Shown one piece after another: positions 47,110 through 56,572 of a stretch of 64,000 nucleotides of DNA (position 1 is the first letter of the stretch; each line of letters opens with the position of its first letter). The stretch comes from Dehalococcoidia bacterium (lineage in GTDB: Bacteria; Chloroflexota; Dehalococcoidia; Lucifugimonadales; Lucifugimonadaceae), in assembly GCA_965243235.1 (NCBI GenBank), contig CBDEUI010000004.1, positions 1,298,031 to 1,362,030 on the forward strand, given 5' to 3'. A program made the position numbers and the translations under genes. A model generated the notes under the pieces. It was not told where the DNA came from, ran no database searches, and saw only the letters and a program-made list of their open reading frames with translations.

Positions 47110-48874
47110 AGCACCTGTGGACACCTACGCAGAGGCGATGAGTCAGCAGACGCAGTACGCATTGCTGCGCGCTCGTGCACGTCAACGATGGGATGATCTG
47201 ACAGAGGGTGACAAACCCTGGGTGCGGGTCGGATTTGGAGCATCAGGTCAAGCCGCTGGAGCACAAGCCGTTTTCAATGCCCTAAAACCTTATGGACCAG
47301 AGGGCACCGACCAGATCAATCTGTCTATGGTCGGAGCACACGGGTTGATGTACCTTGAACCGCTCGTCGACATCATCGTTCCCCGCGCAAATCGCGTGTT
47401 CCACGCAAATGTGACACCCGAAATAGTGCCGGACATAATGTCCCACTACATCGATGGGCGCGATCAGCATCCCATGCACGCTTCCGCGTACGCATATTCT
47501 GGACACGTAGACGATTACACATCGCATTTGTCCGACTGGGATCAGTTGCCACCTAATCAGCTCCAGAAAAAGATACTCACCGAAAATTTCGGGAACATCG
47601 ATCCGCACGATATCTTCCAGTACATCGCCCAAGACGGATACTCAGCCCTGAACAAAGCGGTGCTGTCAATGACCCCGGACGAAGTTTTGGAAGAGGTCAA
47701 GACATCTGGCCTGCGAGGGCGCGGGGGAGCAGCATTCCCGACCGGCCTGAAGTGGTCTTTTCTCGCCCCTAGCAATGCACCTGTGAAGTATGTGCTCTGC
47801 AACTGCGAAGAGGGGGACCCGGGCGCGTTTAACGACAAGGGCATTCTTGAGAGCGATCCGCACCGATTGATTGAGGGATTGATACTCAACGGCTACGCGA
47901 CCAACTCTACTCACGGCGTCGTGTTTATCCGACAGGGACACGACATCCCCATCGAGGCAACCCGTCGCGCGATCGGTGAGGCATACGAAAACGGCGTCCT
48001 TGGCGAGAACATCCTCGGATCCGACTTCTCGTTCGAAATGGAAGTTTCGTTGACCGGTGACTCATATGTCGCTGGTGAAGAGACTGCGATGATGGAGGCG
48101 ATTGAAGGAAAACGCTCGACGCCAAGATACAAGCCACCATTCCCCGCACAGGCTGGACTTTTCCAGAAACCGACCAACATCAACAACGTCAAGACAATCG
48201 CCTATGTGCCAAGCATCGTGGCGACCAGTGGTGATGAATTCAAAAAGGTAGGCACCGAATCGTCATCTGGAACCGCGTTGGTGTGCCTTACCGGCCACAT
48301 CAAGCGTCCGGGGATGTATGAAGTCGAGATGGGAGTAACCATTCGTCAGGTCTTGGACGACATCGGCGGCGGTGTTGCTGATGGTTCCGAGCGCATCAAG
48401 GTTCTACAGACCGGTGGCCCACTCGGCGGCGTGATGGGCGAAGAAGCGTTTGACACCGAGATCGATTTCGACGCTATGGCCCAATCAGGCGCGATCCTCG
48501 GTTCAGGCGGCATCATCGTCGGCGACGAAACAACCGATGTCGTTGACCTGATACGTAACCTCGTGGCTTTCAACCAGTTCGAGTCATGCGGCAAGTGCTT
48601 CCCGTGCAGATTGGGCAACACTCACATGCTGGACGTGCTTGACAGAATGTGCAAGAACGAAGCCAAACCTGGTGACATGCAGTTGCTGGAGACGGTTGGA
48701 AATAATATGAAGATCGGTTCGCTCTGCGGACACGGCCAACTCGGCTACAACCCGATATCTTCGGCGATAACCTACTTCGGCGAGGAGTTCGAGAAACGGT
48801 TCAACGGTGAGTTGGAGAAGTCCGGACCATTTGGCGATGGTTCGATGATCCTCCCGAGCCGCACGCGCCCATGA
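47093..48874 (+). CDS. NuoF-like NAD(H)-binding FMN/[4Fe-4S] flavoprotein subunit
   Basis: GLRGRGGAAFPTGLKW (FMN/NADH site) and CGKCFPCRLG (N3 cluster). An N-terminal extension of about 180 aa is present. Start uncertain (47069, 47093 or 47138). Confidence 0.85.
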   Translation: MVSRTEAPVDTYAEAMSQQTQYALLRARARQRWDDLTEGDKPWVRVGFGASGQAAGAQAVFNALKPYGPEGTDQINLSMVGAHGLMYLEPLVDIIVPRANRVFHANVTPEIVPDIMSHYIDGRDQHPMHASAYAYSGHVDDYTSHLSDWDQLPPNQLQKKILTENFGNIDPHDIFQYIAQDGYSALNKAVLSMTPDEVLEEVKTSGLRGRGGAAFPTGLKWSFLAPSNAPVKYVLCNCEEGDPGAFNDKGILESDPHRLIEGLILNGYATNSTHGVVFIRQGHDIPIEATRRAIGEAYENGVLGENILGSDFSFEMEVSLTGDSYVAGEETAMMEAIEGKRSTPRYKPPFPAQAGLFQKPTNINNVKTIAYVPSIVATSGDEFKKVGTESSSGTALVCLTGHIKRPGMYEVEMGVTIRQVLDDIGGGVADGSERIKVLQTGGPLGGVMGEEAFDTEIDFDAMAQSGAILGSGGIIVGDETTDVVDLIRNLVAFNQFESCGKCFPCRLGNTHMLDVLDRMCKNEAKPGDMQLLETVGNNMKIGSLCGHGQLGYNPISSAITYFGEEFEKRFNGELEKSGPFGDGSMILPSRTRP

Positions 48875-48907
48875 GATCGATTTACACGACTGGTGGCGAG
48901 AGACAAC

Positions 48908-51628
48908 ATGCCTGAACCTATCAAGTTCACAATCGACGGTCAGCAAGTCGAGGCTGCTCCTGGTCAAACGATCCTTCAAGCAGCGCTGGAAGCCGGGATC
49001 TACATCCCCTATCTCTGTTATTTCCCGAACATGAAGCCATACGGCGCTTGTCGCACCTGCGTCGTCGACACCGAGGCAGGCGGCCGCAAGATGACGTTGG
49101 CGTCATGCACTGCTACACCGATGCCGGACATGGTGGTAGAGACGAAAAACGAGTCGGTAAGCGAACTGCGACGTGGAATCATTGAACTATTAATGTCGGA
49201 ACATCCTCATGGATGTCTGACGTGTCACCGGATCGAGTTGTGTGGACCGCAAGACGTCTGTCAGAGGCACGTAGATGTCACCGATCGATGCACGATCTGC
49301 CCGAAGAACGAGCGATGCGAGCTTAAGGACACCGTAAGATCAGTCGAACTCGACCTGCGTACGCCCCTCAACTACAACCGTCGCGACCTTCCGATTCACG
49401 CCGACGATCCGCTCTACGACCGCGACTACAACCTCTGCATCGTATGCGCTCGTTGTGTGCGCGTGTGCGACGAAGTGCGAGGGGATACCGCATTGACGCT
49501 AACATCTCGATCCGGTGTCTCACTCGTCGGCACATCGCACGGCACTTCTTTAATGGAGTCGGGTTGCGAGTTCTGTGGCGCATGTATCGACGTCTGCCCC
49601 ACTGGGGCGTTGGTGGAGCGGGAATACAAGTGGGAAAAGGCGAGCCGACAAGTCACGACGACCTGTACCAACTGTGCCGTCGGTTGTCAGATGATTGCTG
49701 AGGTCAACCGCTTCGACAAGGTGATACGGTTCCGCGGCGATGTCAACGGTGCTCCAAATCTCGGCCAGGCCTGCTTCAAAGGCAAATTTGGTTACGACTA
49801 CCCCAACCATCGGTCTAGGCTAAAGCGCCCATACTTCAGAAAAGGCGGCATTCTCACCAACGCGACGACAGAAGACGCATTTACTGCCGCGGCTAGTGCG
49901 CTGTCGAAGTATTCCCCCGATGAAATCGCGGTCATTGCTTCTCCGCGCGGAAGCAACGAAGATAACTTCATAGCCCAGAAATTCGCACGAACCGCGTTGA
50001 AGACCAACAACGTGGACAGCGCACATAACTTCATCGACGATATGACGAAGCACATCGCAGAGCGTTGGGACATCGAACACACCAAGCGGTCGATATGGGA
50101 CATCGAAGATTCCAAGTCCGTCATGGTCGTGTCAGGAAATCCAACTGAAGACCAGAACGTGCTAGCGGTGCCGGTGAAACGAGCCGCCAAGCGTGGCGCC
50201 AAGATCGTCGTCATCGATCAGCGAGAGACCGAGTTGACGCGTTACGCCGATGTCTGGCTCAGACCGAGAATCGGCACGGCACACATGGCTGTCATGGGTA
50301 TCATTCGATCAGTATTCGACGCAACTTTGGAGCAGGTCGACTTCATTCGTGAAAACGTCAAGAACAGCGAGGATTTCAAAGCCTCGCTATGGGATTACGA
50401 TCTGGGTCGAATTGCCCGTTACTGCGACATCCCCATCGAAGACTTTTCGGAGGCTGCTTCCGCACTCGCGAGCCACCGCGAAATGGCCGTATTGCTTGGA
50501 GAAGATACCGTTCCGCAGATCAGGCATGACGCATTGGTAGACGCGGTTATGAATCTGCGTCTGCTCAACGGCACGACGGATGGCCCTGGCCAAGGCGTCT
50601 ATCCACTCTATTTCGGCGCGAACACCCGCGGCTCGGAGCAAGTTGGATGTCGCCCATTGTCCGCAAAATCTGAACTCGCACAAACCTTGAGTCAGGCGTG
50701 GGGCATGGATTTCCCCAGCGAGGAACCCAAGGGAGTTACTGAGATTTTTGATGCAATGCGAGACGGGAAGATCAAGGCGGCAATCGTTATGGCCGATGGC
50801 GTGAATCACACGGCGAGGCAGTTTGGCGACATCGACTCCGCTTTGGGATCGCTAGAGACTCTCATCGTCTCATCCGTGTTCGACAACGAGATAACCGCGA
50901 AAGCCAGTATCGTATTCCCTGCCGCGCCATTCTCTGAGCAGACTTCCACTGCGACCAATCTTGAGTCCCGAGTGCAACTCATCCGCCAAGCAAGCGAACC
51001 TCGATTCGATGAGATTGCAGGTTGGGAATTATTCGTTGGACTGGCGAATGCGATGGGAGCATCAGGGTTTGACTACAGTTCGTCGAGCGAGATATTCGAC
51101 TTGATCTGCGCGACGATACCCGAGTACTCGGGCTTGAGTTACGATGCCTTGGCAAGCAGCGGCAAGATTACCAAAGCACCTGACGCCGGTTCGGTTGAGC
51201 CAACGTTCGAGATCAATAAACCTGATTTCACCGCTTATGCATCGAACGGAATGTATTACGCGCCGGGACGGGTGTTGCATCAACCCGACCGCGAAACCAC
51301 GCTTTCAGAACGTAACTACTTGAACGTGATCGATCGCGTTGAGGTGATCGAAATACATGAAGAGGATGCCGCGTCCCTTGGTGTTTCGGACGGTGATTCC
51401 GTGCTGATTAAGGACTACAGCGGCACGACTGTTGCTGAGGGCGTTGCAAACATCACCGATACGATGCGCGGCATGGTATGCAGCACGACTCTGTTTGCAG
51501 AATTGGCAACATACATCGAAGATTGCGAATACCCGGACCCTTCACCGACAGTGCCCGCACTCGACGTTCGATCGGTTACAGTTGAAGTCGTCGCTAAGGC
51601 ACCAATACGAGAATTGGCGCAGGTTTGA
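48908..51628 (+). CDS. NuoG/FdhA-like Fe-S + molybdopterin-oxidoreductase-fold subunit lacking the Sec/Cys-His catalytic pair
   Basis: N-terminal 2Fe-2S and 4Fe-4S Cys motifs, then an MopB-type CTNCAVGC cluster. The region TNNVDSAHNFIDDM aligns by eye to TNNVDCCARVUHGP of FdhF. Confidence 0.8.
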   Translation: MPEPIKFTIDGQQVEAAPGQTILQAALEAGIYIPYLCYFPNMKPYGACRTCVVDTEAGGRKMTLASCTATPMPDMVVETKNESVSELRRGIIELLMSEHPHGCLTCHRIELCGPQDVCQRHVDVTDRCTICPKNERCELKDTVRSVELDLRTPLNYNRRDLPIHADDPLYDRDYNLCIVCARCVRVCDEVRGDTALTLTSRSGVSLVGTSHGTSLMESGCEFCGACIDVCPTGALVEREYKWEKASRQVTTTCTNCAVGCQMIAEVNRFDKVIRFRGDVNGAPNLGQACFKGKFGYDYPNHRSRLKRPYFRKGGILTNATTEDAFTAAASALSKYSPDEIAVIASPRGSNEDNFIAQKFARTALKTNNVDSAHNFIDDMTKHIAERWDIEHTKRSIWDIEDSKSVMVVSGNPTEDQNVLAVPVKRAAKRGAKIVVIDQRETELTRYADVWLRPRIGTAHMAVMGIIRSVFDATLEQVDFIRENVKNSEDFKASLWDYDLGRIARYCDIPIEDFSEAASALASHREMAVLLGEDTVPQIRHDALVDAVMNLRLLNGTTDGPGQGVYPLYFGANTRGSEQVGCRPLSAKSELAQTLSQAWGMDFPSEEPKGVTEIFDAMRDGKIKAAIVMADGVNHTARQFGDIDSALGSLETLIVSSVFDNEITAKASIVFPAAPFSEQTSTATNLESRVQLIRQASEPRFDEIAGWELFVGLANAMGASGFDYSSSSEIFDLICATIPEYSGLSYDALASSGKITKAPDAGSVEPTFEINKPDFTAYASNGMYYAPGRVLHQPDRETTLSERNYLNVIDRVEVIEIHEEDAASLGVSDGDSVLIKDYSGTTVAEGVANITDTMRGMVCSTTLFAELATYIEDCEYPDPSPTVPALDVRSVTVEVVAKAPIRELAQV

Positions 51629-51766
51629 CGTTACCGCTTGTAATCGCTGCACGAGGTTTGTACTGCATACAGAGGTTGTAGAATCTCATGTATGCGACCG
51701 TTCGTTTATAGAGGTTGCGCGGAGTTGCGGCAGGCAACAAATTAACGGAGAAACGGAGTTTAAGTA

Positions 51767-52102
51767 ATGGCACATCCCATTGATGTTAACGATGCCGATT
51801 TCCAATCTGAAGTTCTCTCTTCTGACATCCCGGTACTTGTAGATTTTTGGGCCGAATGGTGCGGGCCGTGCAAGATGGTCGCACCTGTCGTCGAGAAACT
51901 GGCAAACGATTATGAAGGTGTGGTCAAATTCGCGAAGGTCGACGTAGACCAGAACCCTGGATTGTCAGGCACGTACGGAGTACGAAGCATCCCGACATTG
52001 TTGATCTTCAGAGACGGTAGCCCTGTGGAGCAGGTTGTCGGCGCCGTGCCGGAGAGCGTCTTGAAAGATAAGCTTCAAGGCGTCCTTCAGATGGCTGCTT
52101 GA
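51767..52102 (+). CDS. trxA: Thioredoxin
   Basis: 111 aa. WAEWCGPCK active site. Confidence 0.9.
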   Translation: MAHPIDVNDADFQSEVLSSDIPVLVDFWAEWCGPCKMVAPVVEKLANDYEGVVKFAKVDVDQNPGLSGTYGVRSIPTLLIFRDGSPVEQVVGAVPESVLKDKLQGVLQMAA

Positions 52103-52132
52103 TCTACTGCATCCCAAAGCGCTTGCATTGTG

Positions 52133-52166
52133 AAAGGACGGTTCATTGAACCGTCCTTTTCGTTTG
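52133..52166 (+). terminator. Intrinsic terminator after trxA
   Basis: AAAGGACGGTTCA / TGAACCGTCCTTT stem followed by TTTTCGTTTG. Confidence 0.6.
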
Positions 52167-52231
52167 TTGAGCTTTGCCAATACACGAATTTGAAACTTTC
52201 GCGCTTTAGTATCGTGATAAGACAAACGCGT

Positions 52232-52329
52232 GGGAGTGGATGGGTCCCGGTGGGCTTCACGGACTTCAAATCCGCTGGCGTGCATCCTTCGATGTGCGCG
52301 GAGGGTTCGACTCCCTTGCACTCCCGCCA
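52232..52329 (+). tRNA. selC: tRNA-Sec (anticodon UCA), CCA encoded
   Basis: 98 nt: GGGAGTGGATGGGTCCCGGTGGGCTTCACGGACTTCAAATCCGCTGGCGTGCATCCTTCGATGTGCGCGGAGGGTTCGACTCCCTTGCACTCCCGCCA. Anticodon loop CTTCAAA. 6-bp D stem with a 4-nt loop. 9-bp variable arm (GCGTGCATC/GATGTGCGC). T-loop TTCGACT. G discriminator. The layout resembles my recollection of E. coli selC. Confidence 0.8.
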
Positions 52330-52406
52330 CGCCATGTTCGGCGTTGGATCGACGAATAGGAACCAATGTCCGTAGCACTAATCTTCGATGAAGTGAGGAG
52401 CGAAAG

Positions 52407-53399
52407 ATGCGATACGCAACGCTAGGGGATACCGGAATCGAAGTATCCCGAATGGCACTCGGATGCTGGCCGTTTGCCGGTGGAAGAGTGTGGGGGCCGC
52501 AAGACGACAACGACTCGATCGCCGCGGTGCACGCGTCGCTTGATGCTGGCGTCACCTTCTTCGACACGGCTGAGGGATATTCCGACGATTCCAACTCCGA
52601 AGAGGTACTCGGACGGGCATTGATAGGGCGACGCGCCGATGCGGTCATTGCCACGAAGATCGGCAACACGAATCTCCATCCGTCGGTTGTCGCCGAACAT
52701 TGCGATGCAAGCCTCGATCGTCTACAAACTGACTACATCGATCTCTACCAGATCCACTGGCCGAACCACGACATTCCGATCGAGGACACGATGGCTGAGC
52801 TGCTCAAGCTTCAAGACAGTGGCAAAGTCCGGGCCCTCGGCGTTTGCAACTTCGCAGTCCGCGACCTCACAGACATTCTCGAATGCGGCGACATCGTCAC
52901 CAACCAACTCCCATACAATCTGCTCTGGCGAGCATTAGAGTTTGCGATCAAACCGACATGTGTCGCCAGCGATGTAGGCGTAATTTGCTATAGCCCATTG
53001 CAGCAGGGGATGTTGACTGGTCACTACGCTACTGCAGACGATGTGCCCCCAGGCTTGTCACGGTCCCGCCATTTCAACAAGAACCGGGAGCAGGCGATTC
53101 ACGGGGAAGAGGGTTGCGAAGAAGAGACTTTCGCAACGATAGCGTCGGTGTTGAGCATCGCCGAGGAGATCGGAGAGCACCCGGCAAAGATTTCTTTGGC
53201 TTGGCTCTTGGCACAAGAGGGTGTTACGAGCCTACTGGTCGGGGCGCGCAATCCCGCCGAAGTGGCACTCAATACACCGACGTTCGATTACGACTTACCT
53301 TCCGATGTAGTCGCCGCGCTGTCCGACGCAACGGACGGACTCAAGCAGACCCTAGGCGAAAACGCCGACTTCTGGCAGTCACCAGGGCGCATGCGCTGA
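52407..53399 (+). CDS. Aldo/keto reductase
   Basis: 330 aa. AKR layout (GCWPFAG, FFDTAEGY, LYQIHWP) with a GAGGAG RBS upstream. Confidence 0.85.
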   Translation: MRYATLGDTGIEVSRMALGCWPFAGGRVWGPQDDNDSIAAVHASLDAGVTFFDTAEGYSDDSNSEEVLGRALIGRRADAVIATKIGNTNLHPSVVAEHCDASLDRLQTDYIDLYQIHWPNHDIPIEDTMAELLKLQDSGKVRALGVCNFAVRDLTDILECGDIVTNQLPYNLLWRALEFAIKPTCVASDVGVICYSPLQQGMLTGHYATADDVPPGLSRSRHFNKNREQAIHGEEGCEEETFATIASVLSIAEEIGEHPAKISLAWLLAQEGVTSLLVGARNPAEVALNTPTFDYDLPSDVVAALSDATDGLKQTLGENADFWQSPGRMR

Positions 53400-53563
53400 T
53401 GACGCGTTCGGGTTCAGGAATTTGCGCGCTAATATGCGCCAATCTTCATAGTTTGGAGATTGTGGATATTTACATGCGTAAACTGCCACAATGTATTAGT
53501 AGGGGTTGATGCAGTCGTAACTCGGACGATTCTCACTTTTTCTGCGCGACCTCGCAATATCGG

Positions 53564-56506
53564 ATGATCGACAAGACGCGAACCACACCCGACAACGGCA
53601 AGCCCGATTCCCTGTTCGACGCGTTTGGCGGTATCAACGAAGGTTACGTCGCCAGCATGCTGGAAGGCGATTCCGTGGTCGACGCGTCAAACGGTCCAGA
53701 TGGGTTTGGGACGGACTTCGAATACGACGGTCTTTTAATGGATCCCGATTTCTTGGATCGAGAGATCGTTATTGTCGACGGCGAAACCGGAGCGCGAAAC
53801 GATACGGAGGAAGGCTCAAAATCAACGACTGACTCTCCAGTTTCGACCGAAGAGGTAACAGTCGCCGACCCGGCACCAGAGGTGTCAGTTGACCAGATCG
53901 TTCGCGTCGAGCGCTTGATCAACGCGATCCGAGAAGACGGTCATCAAGCCGCGGACATCGATCCCCTCAAGATGCTTCAGAGAACTGACGAGCATCTGAA
54001 TCCTGAACGCTTTGGAGTCCTTCCTGAGACCCTCGCAGCATCGACGTACCTCTTAGCCGAAGCCAACGACGAGATGCGACCTTGGCTGGCCAAATCGACG
54101 ATTGGCGAAGCCATTGCAGAGTTGAAGTCATACTACTGCGACACCATCGGGTACGAGTTCGGTCACATCCACAGCGTCGAAGAGCGGAACTGGTTGCAGG
54201 ATCAAGTCGAAAACCAATCGGCGATGCAGTTCATGACCGATGCTCAAAAGCGGTATCAACTCGAACTCCTGACAAAGGTCGAGGGTTTTGAGAAATACCT
54301 TCACGCAACCTTCCCTGGAAAACGATGGTACGGACTTGAGGGGTTAGATGCTCTGATACCGCTGATCGACCAGATAATCCTCCAGTCAGCGTTTAACGTC
54401 AAGCAGATCGTCATGGGCATGCCGCATCGCGGGCGGTTGAATACCTTGGCTCACCTGCTCGAACAGCCTTACGAATCGTTGCTAACCGGGTTTTTAGAAG
54501 GCAGGTTCGCTCACCTAGCCGCGATGGAAGCAGCTGGTTGGATGACCGATGTCAAGTACCACCTCGGGTCTCGAGCTGATGTCGATGTGAATCAAGACGG
54601 CTCCACAGACATCATGTTGCGCCTGCTTCCGAACCCCAGCCATCTAGAGATGGTAGACCCGGTTGTCTTGGGCGCGGTCAGAGCCACCCAGGACGAAGCC
54701 ACGGATGAAAACGACCCTCATTTAGAAGCAATGGCTTTGCTGATACACGGCGATGCCGCGTTTGCAGGTCAGGGCGTTGTTGCAGAATCCCTCAACTTGG
54801 TAAACCTTGACGGCTATTCGGTTGGAGGCGCTATCCATGTGATCGCCAACAACCAGTTGGGATTCACAACACAGCCGAATGAAGGCTATTCAGGACAATA
54901 CTGCTCTGATATTGCACGCGGATACGAGATCCCTGTCGTTCATGTCAATGCGGATGACCTTGAAGCGTGTTCCCTCGTCGCCAAGATGGCGGTTTCGTAT
55001 CGATTGAAATTCCGCAAAGAGTTCGTCATCGATCTGGTCGGATATCGCCGTCACGGTCACAACGAGAACGACGAACCGCGATTCACCCAACCGATCACCT
55101 ACAGTAAGCTCGAACAGCATCCTACATTGCGTGAGCAGTGGGCGAGTCGATTGGTCGCAGAGGAAGTCGTCTCTGAGCAAGAAGCCGACGAATTGGTTGC
55201 GGAAACATTCGAGGCATTGACCACCGCCATGCAGGCCGTCGATGGATCCGGTCGAGGAACGAATCGCCAAGCACCCACAGACTTGGGTTTGAGCCCGGAA
55301 CCGATGCAGGGGATGGAATATCCCGAGACCTCGATAGATGAGCAACGTCTCATCAGACTCAATGCCCAGATCACCTCGCTGCCAGTCGATTTCAAGGCGC
55401 ATCCCACCGTTGCCCGAGCTTTTGGCCGACGCGTCCAAGCGATCGAAGACGAGGAGCCAAATATCGATTGGGCCCACGCCGAGGCATTGGCTCTCGGATC
55501 GGTGCTCCAAGACGGCATCGCGGTGCGACTCACCGGGCAGGACTGCGCTCGTGGCACCTTCAGTCAGCGACACGCCGTCATTTGGGAGCAAAACACCGGT
55601 CGTCAATATTCCCCACTGAATCAAGTCGAAGGTGCCAATTTCTCGATCTTCAATAGCCCATTATCGGAAGCCGGACCTGTCGGTTTCGAGCATGGATACA
55701 GCGTGTTTTCCGAGGCGAGCCTCGTGCTATGGGAAGCTCAGTTCGGCGACTTCGTAAACAACGCACAAGCCGTGATCGATGAGATGATCGTCTCAGCGAA
55801 AGAGAAGTGGGGGCAAGACTCCAATCTAGTCTTGCTATTGCCTCACGGCTACGAAGGCCAAGGCCCGAACCACTCCCATGCACACCTTGAACGCTTCTTG
55901 GACCTCGCGTCCAGCGGCAACATGCGAATCGCGAATCCAACCACCGCCGCGCAGTACTTCCACCTTCTGCGGACACAAGCAGCATCGCTGAGCGAACCGG
56001 AAAGGTCGAGACCCTTGGTGGTCATGACGCCCAAGAGCCTTCTGAGACATCCACTGGCGGCAAGTTCGATAAGCGAACTGAGCTCAGGCAAGTTCCGACC
56101 GATCCGCAAGTTCGCACTCTCCAAGTCCGGGCCAGACAGGGTCAAAAGGATCGTCCTGTGCAGCGGCAAGGTCTTCGTTGATTTGGCAACCCACCCGAAG
56201 ATAAACACCGTCGACGACATCGGACTGATCGTTATAGAAGAGCTGTACCCGTTCCCTGAGGAACTAATCTCTGAAGCCTTTGAATCGTTTTCCAACTACG
56301 AAGATGTTGTCTGGCTGCAAGAAGAGCCTCGAAACCGCGGAGCCTGGGACTTCGTCAGAACACCGATCGCCTCGATAGTGAAGTCGGGCATCAGGTACAT
56401 CGGGCGACCTCGCAGCCCGAGCCCGGCATCAGGGTCGAACTGGCTCCACCGTCGGCAACAAGACCGATTGATCCGCATCGCGCTCAAGCTTGACCACGAG
56501 GATTGA
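53564..56506 (+). CDS. sucA: 2-oxoglutarate dehydrogenase E1 component
   Basis: 980 aa. ThDP-enzyme motifs including GYRRHGHNENDEP and the overall OGDH E1 layout. Confidence 0.9.
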   Translation: MIDKTRTTPDNGKPDSLFDAFGGINEGYVASMLEGDSVVDASNGPDGFGTDFEYDGLLMDPDFLDREIVIVDGETGARNDTEEGSKSTTDSPVSTEEVTVADPAPEVSVDQIVRVERLINAIREDGHQAADIDPLKMLQRTDEHLNPERFGVLPETLAASTYLLAEANDEMRPWLAKSTIGEAIAELKSYYCDTIGYEFGHIHSVEERNWLQDQVENQSAMQFMTDAQKRYQLELLTKVEGFEKYLHATFPGKRWYGLEGLDALIPLIDQIILQSAFNVKQIVMGMPHRGRLNTLAHLLEQPYESLLTGFLEGRFAHLAAMEAAGWMTDVKYHLGSRADVDVNQDGSTDIMLRLLPNPSHLEMVDPVVLGAVRATQDEATDENDPHLEAMALLIHGDAAFAGQGVVAESLNLVNLDGYSVGGAIHVIANNQLGFTTQPNEGYSGQYCSDIARGYEIPVVHVNADDLEACSLVAKMAVSYRLKFRKEFVIDLVGYRRHGHNENDEPRFTQPITYSKLEQHPTLREQWASRLVAEEVVSEQEADELVAETFEALTTAMQAVDGSGRGTNRQAPTDLGLSPEPMQGMEYPETSIDEQRLIRLNAQITSLPVDFKAHPTVARAFGRRVQAIEDEEPNIDWAHAEALALGSVLQDGIAVRLTGQDCARGTFSQRHAVIWEQNTGRQYSPLNQVEGANFSIFNSPLSEAGPVGFEHGYSVFSEASLVLWEAQFGDFVNNAQAVIDEMIVSAKEKWGQDSNLVLLLPHGYEGQGPNHSHAHLERFLDLASSGNMRIANPTTAAQYFHLLRTQAASLSEPERSRPLVVMTPKSLLRHPLAASSISELSSGKFRPIRKFALSKSGPDRVKRIVLCSGKVFVDLATHPKINTVDDIGLIVIEELYPFPEELISEAFESFSNYEDVVWLQEEPRNRGAWDFVRTPIASIVKSGIRYIGRPRSPSPASGSNWLHRRQQDRLIRIALKLDHED

Positions 56507-56572
56507 AGTGGTACGTCTTCATCGTTAAAGACGGGAATTCGACACGGCAAGTCAAATAGGACGAAGAATTAG

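Noticed and set aside
48908-51628. The FdhA-like gene as a selenoprotein, given selC nearby.
   Set aside because: The frame is continuous with no internal TGA. The codon aligning to Sec140 of FdhF is ATC (Ile, 50033-50035).
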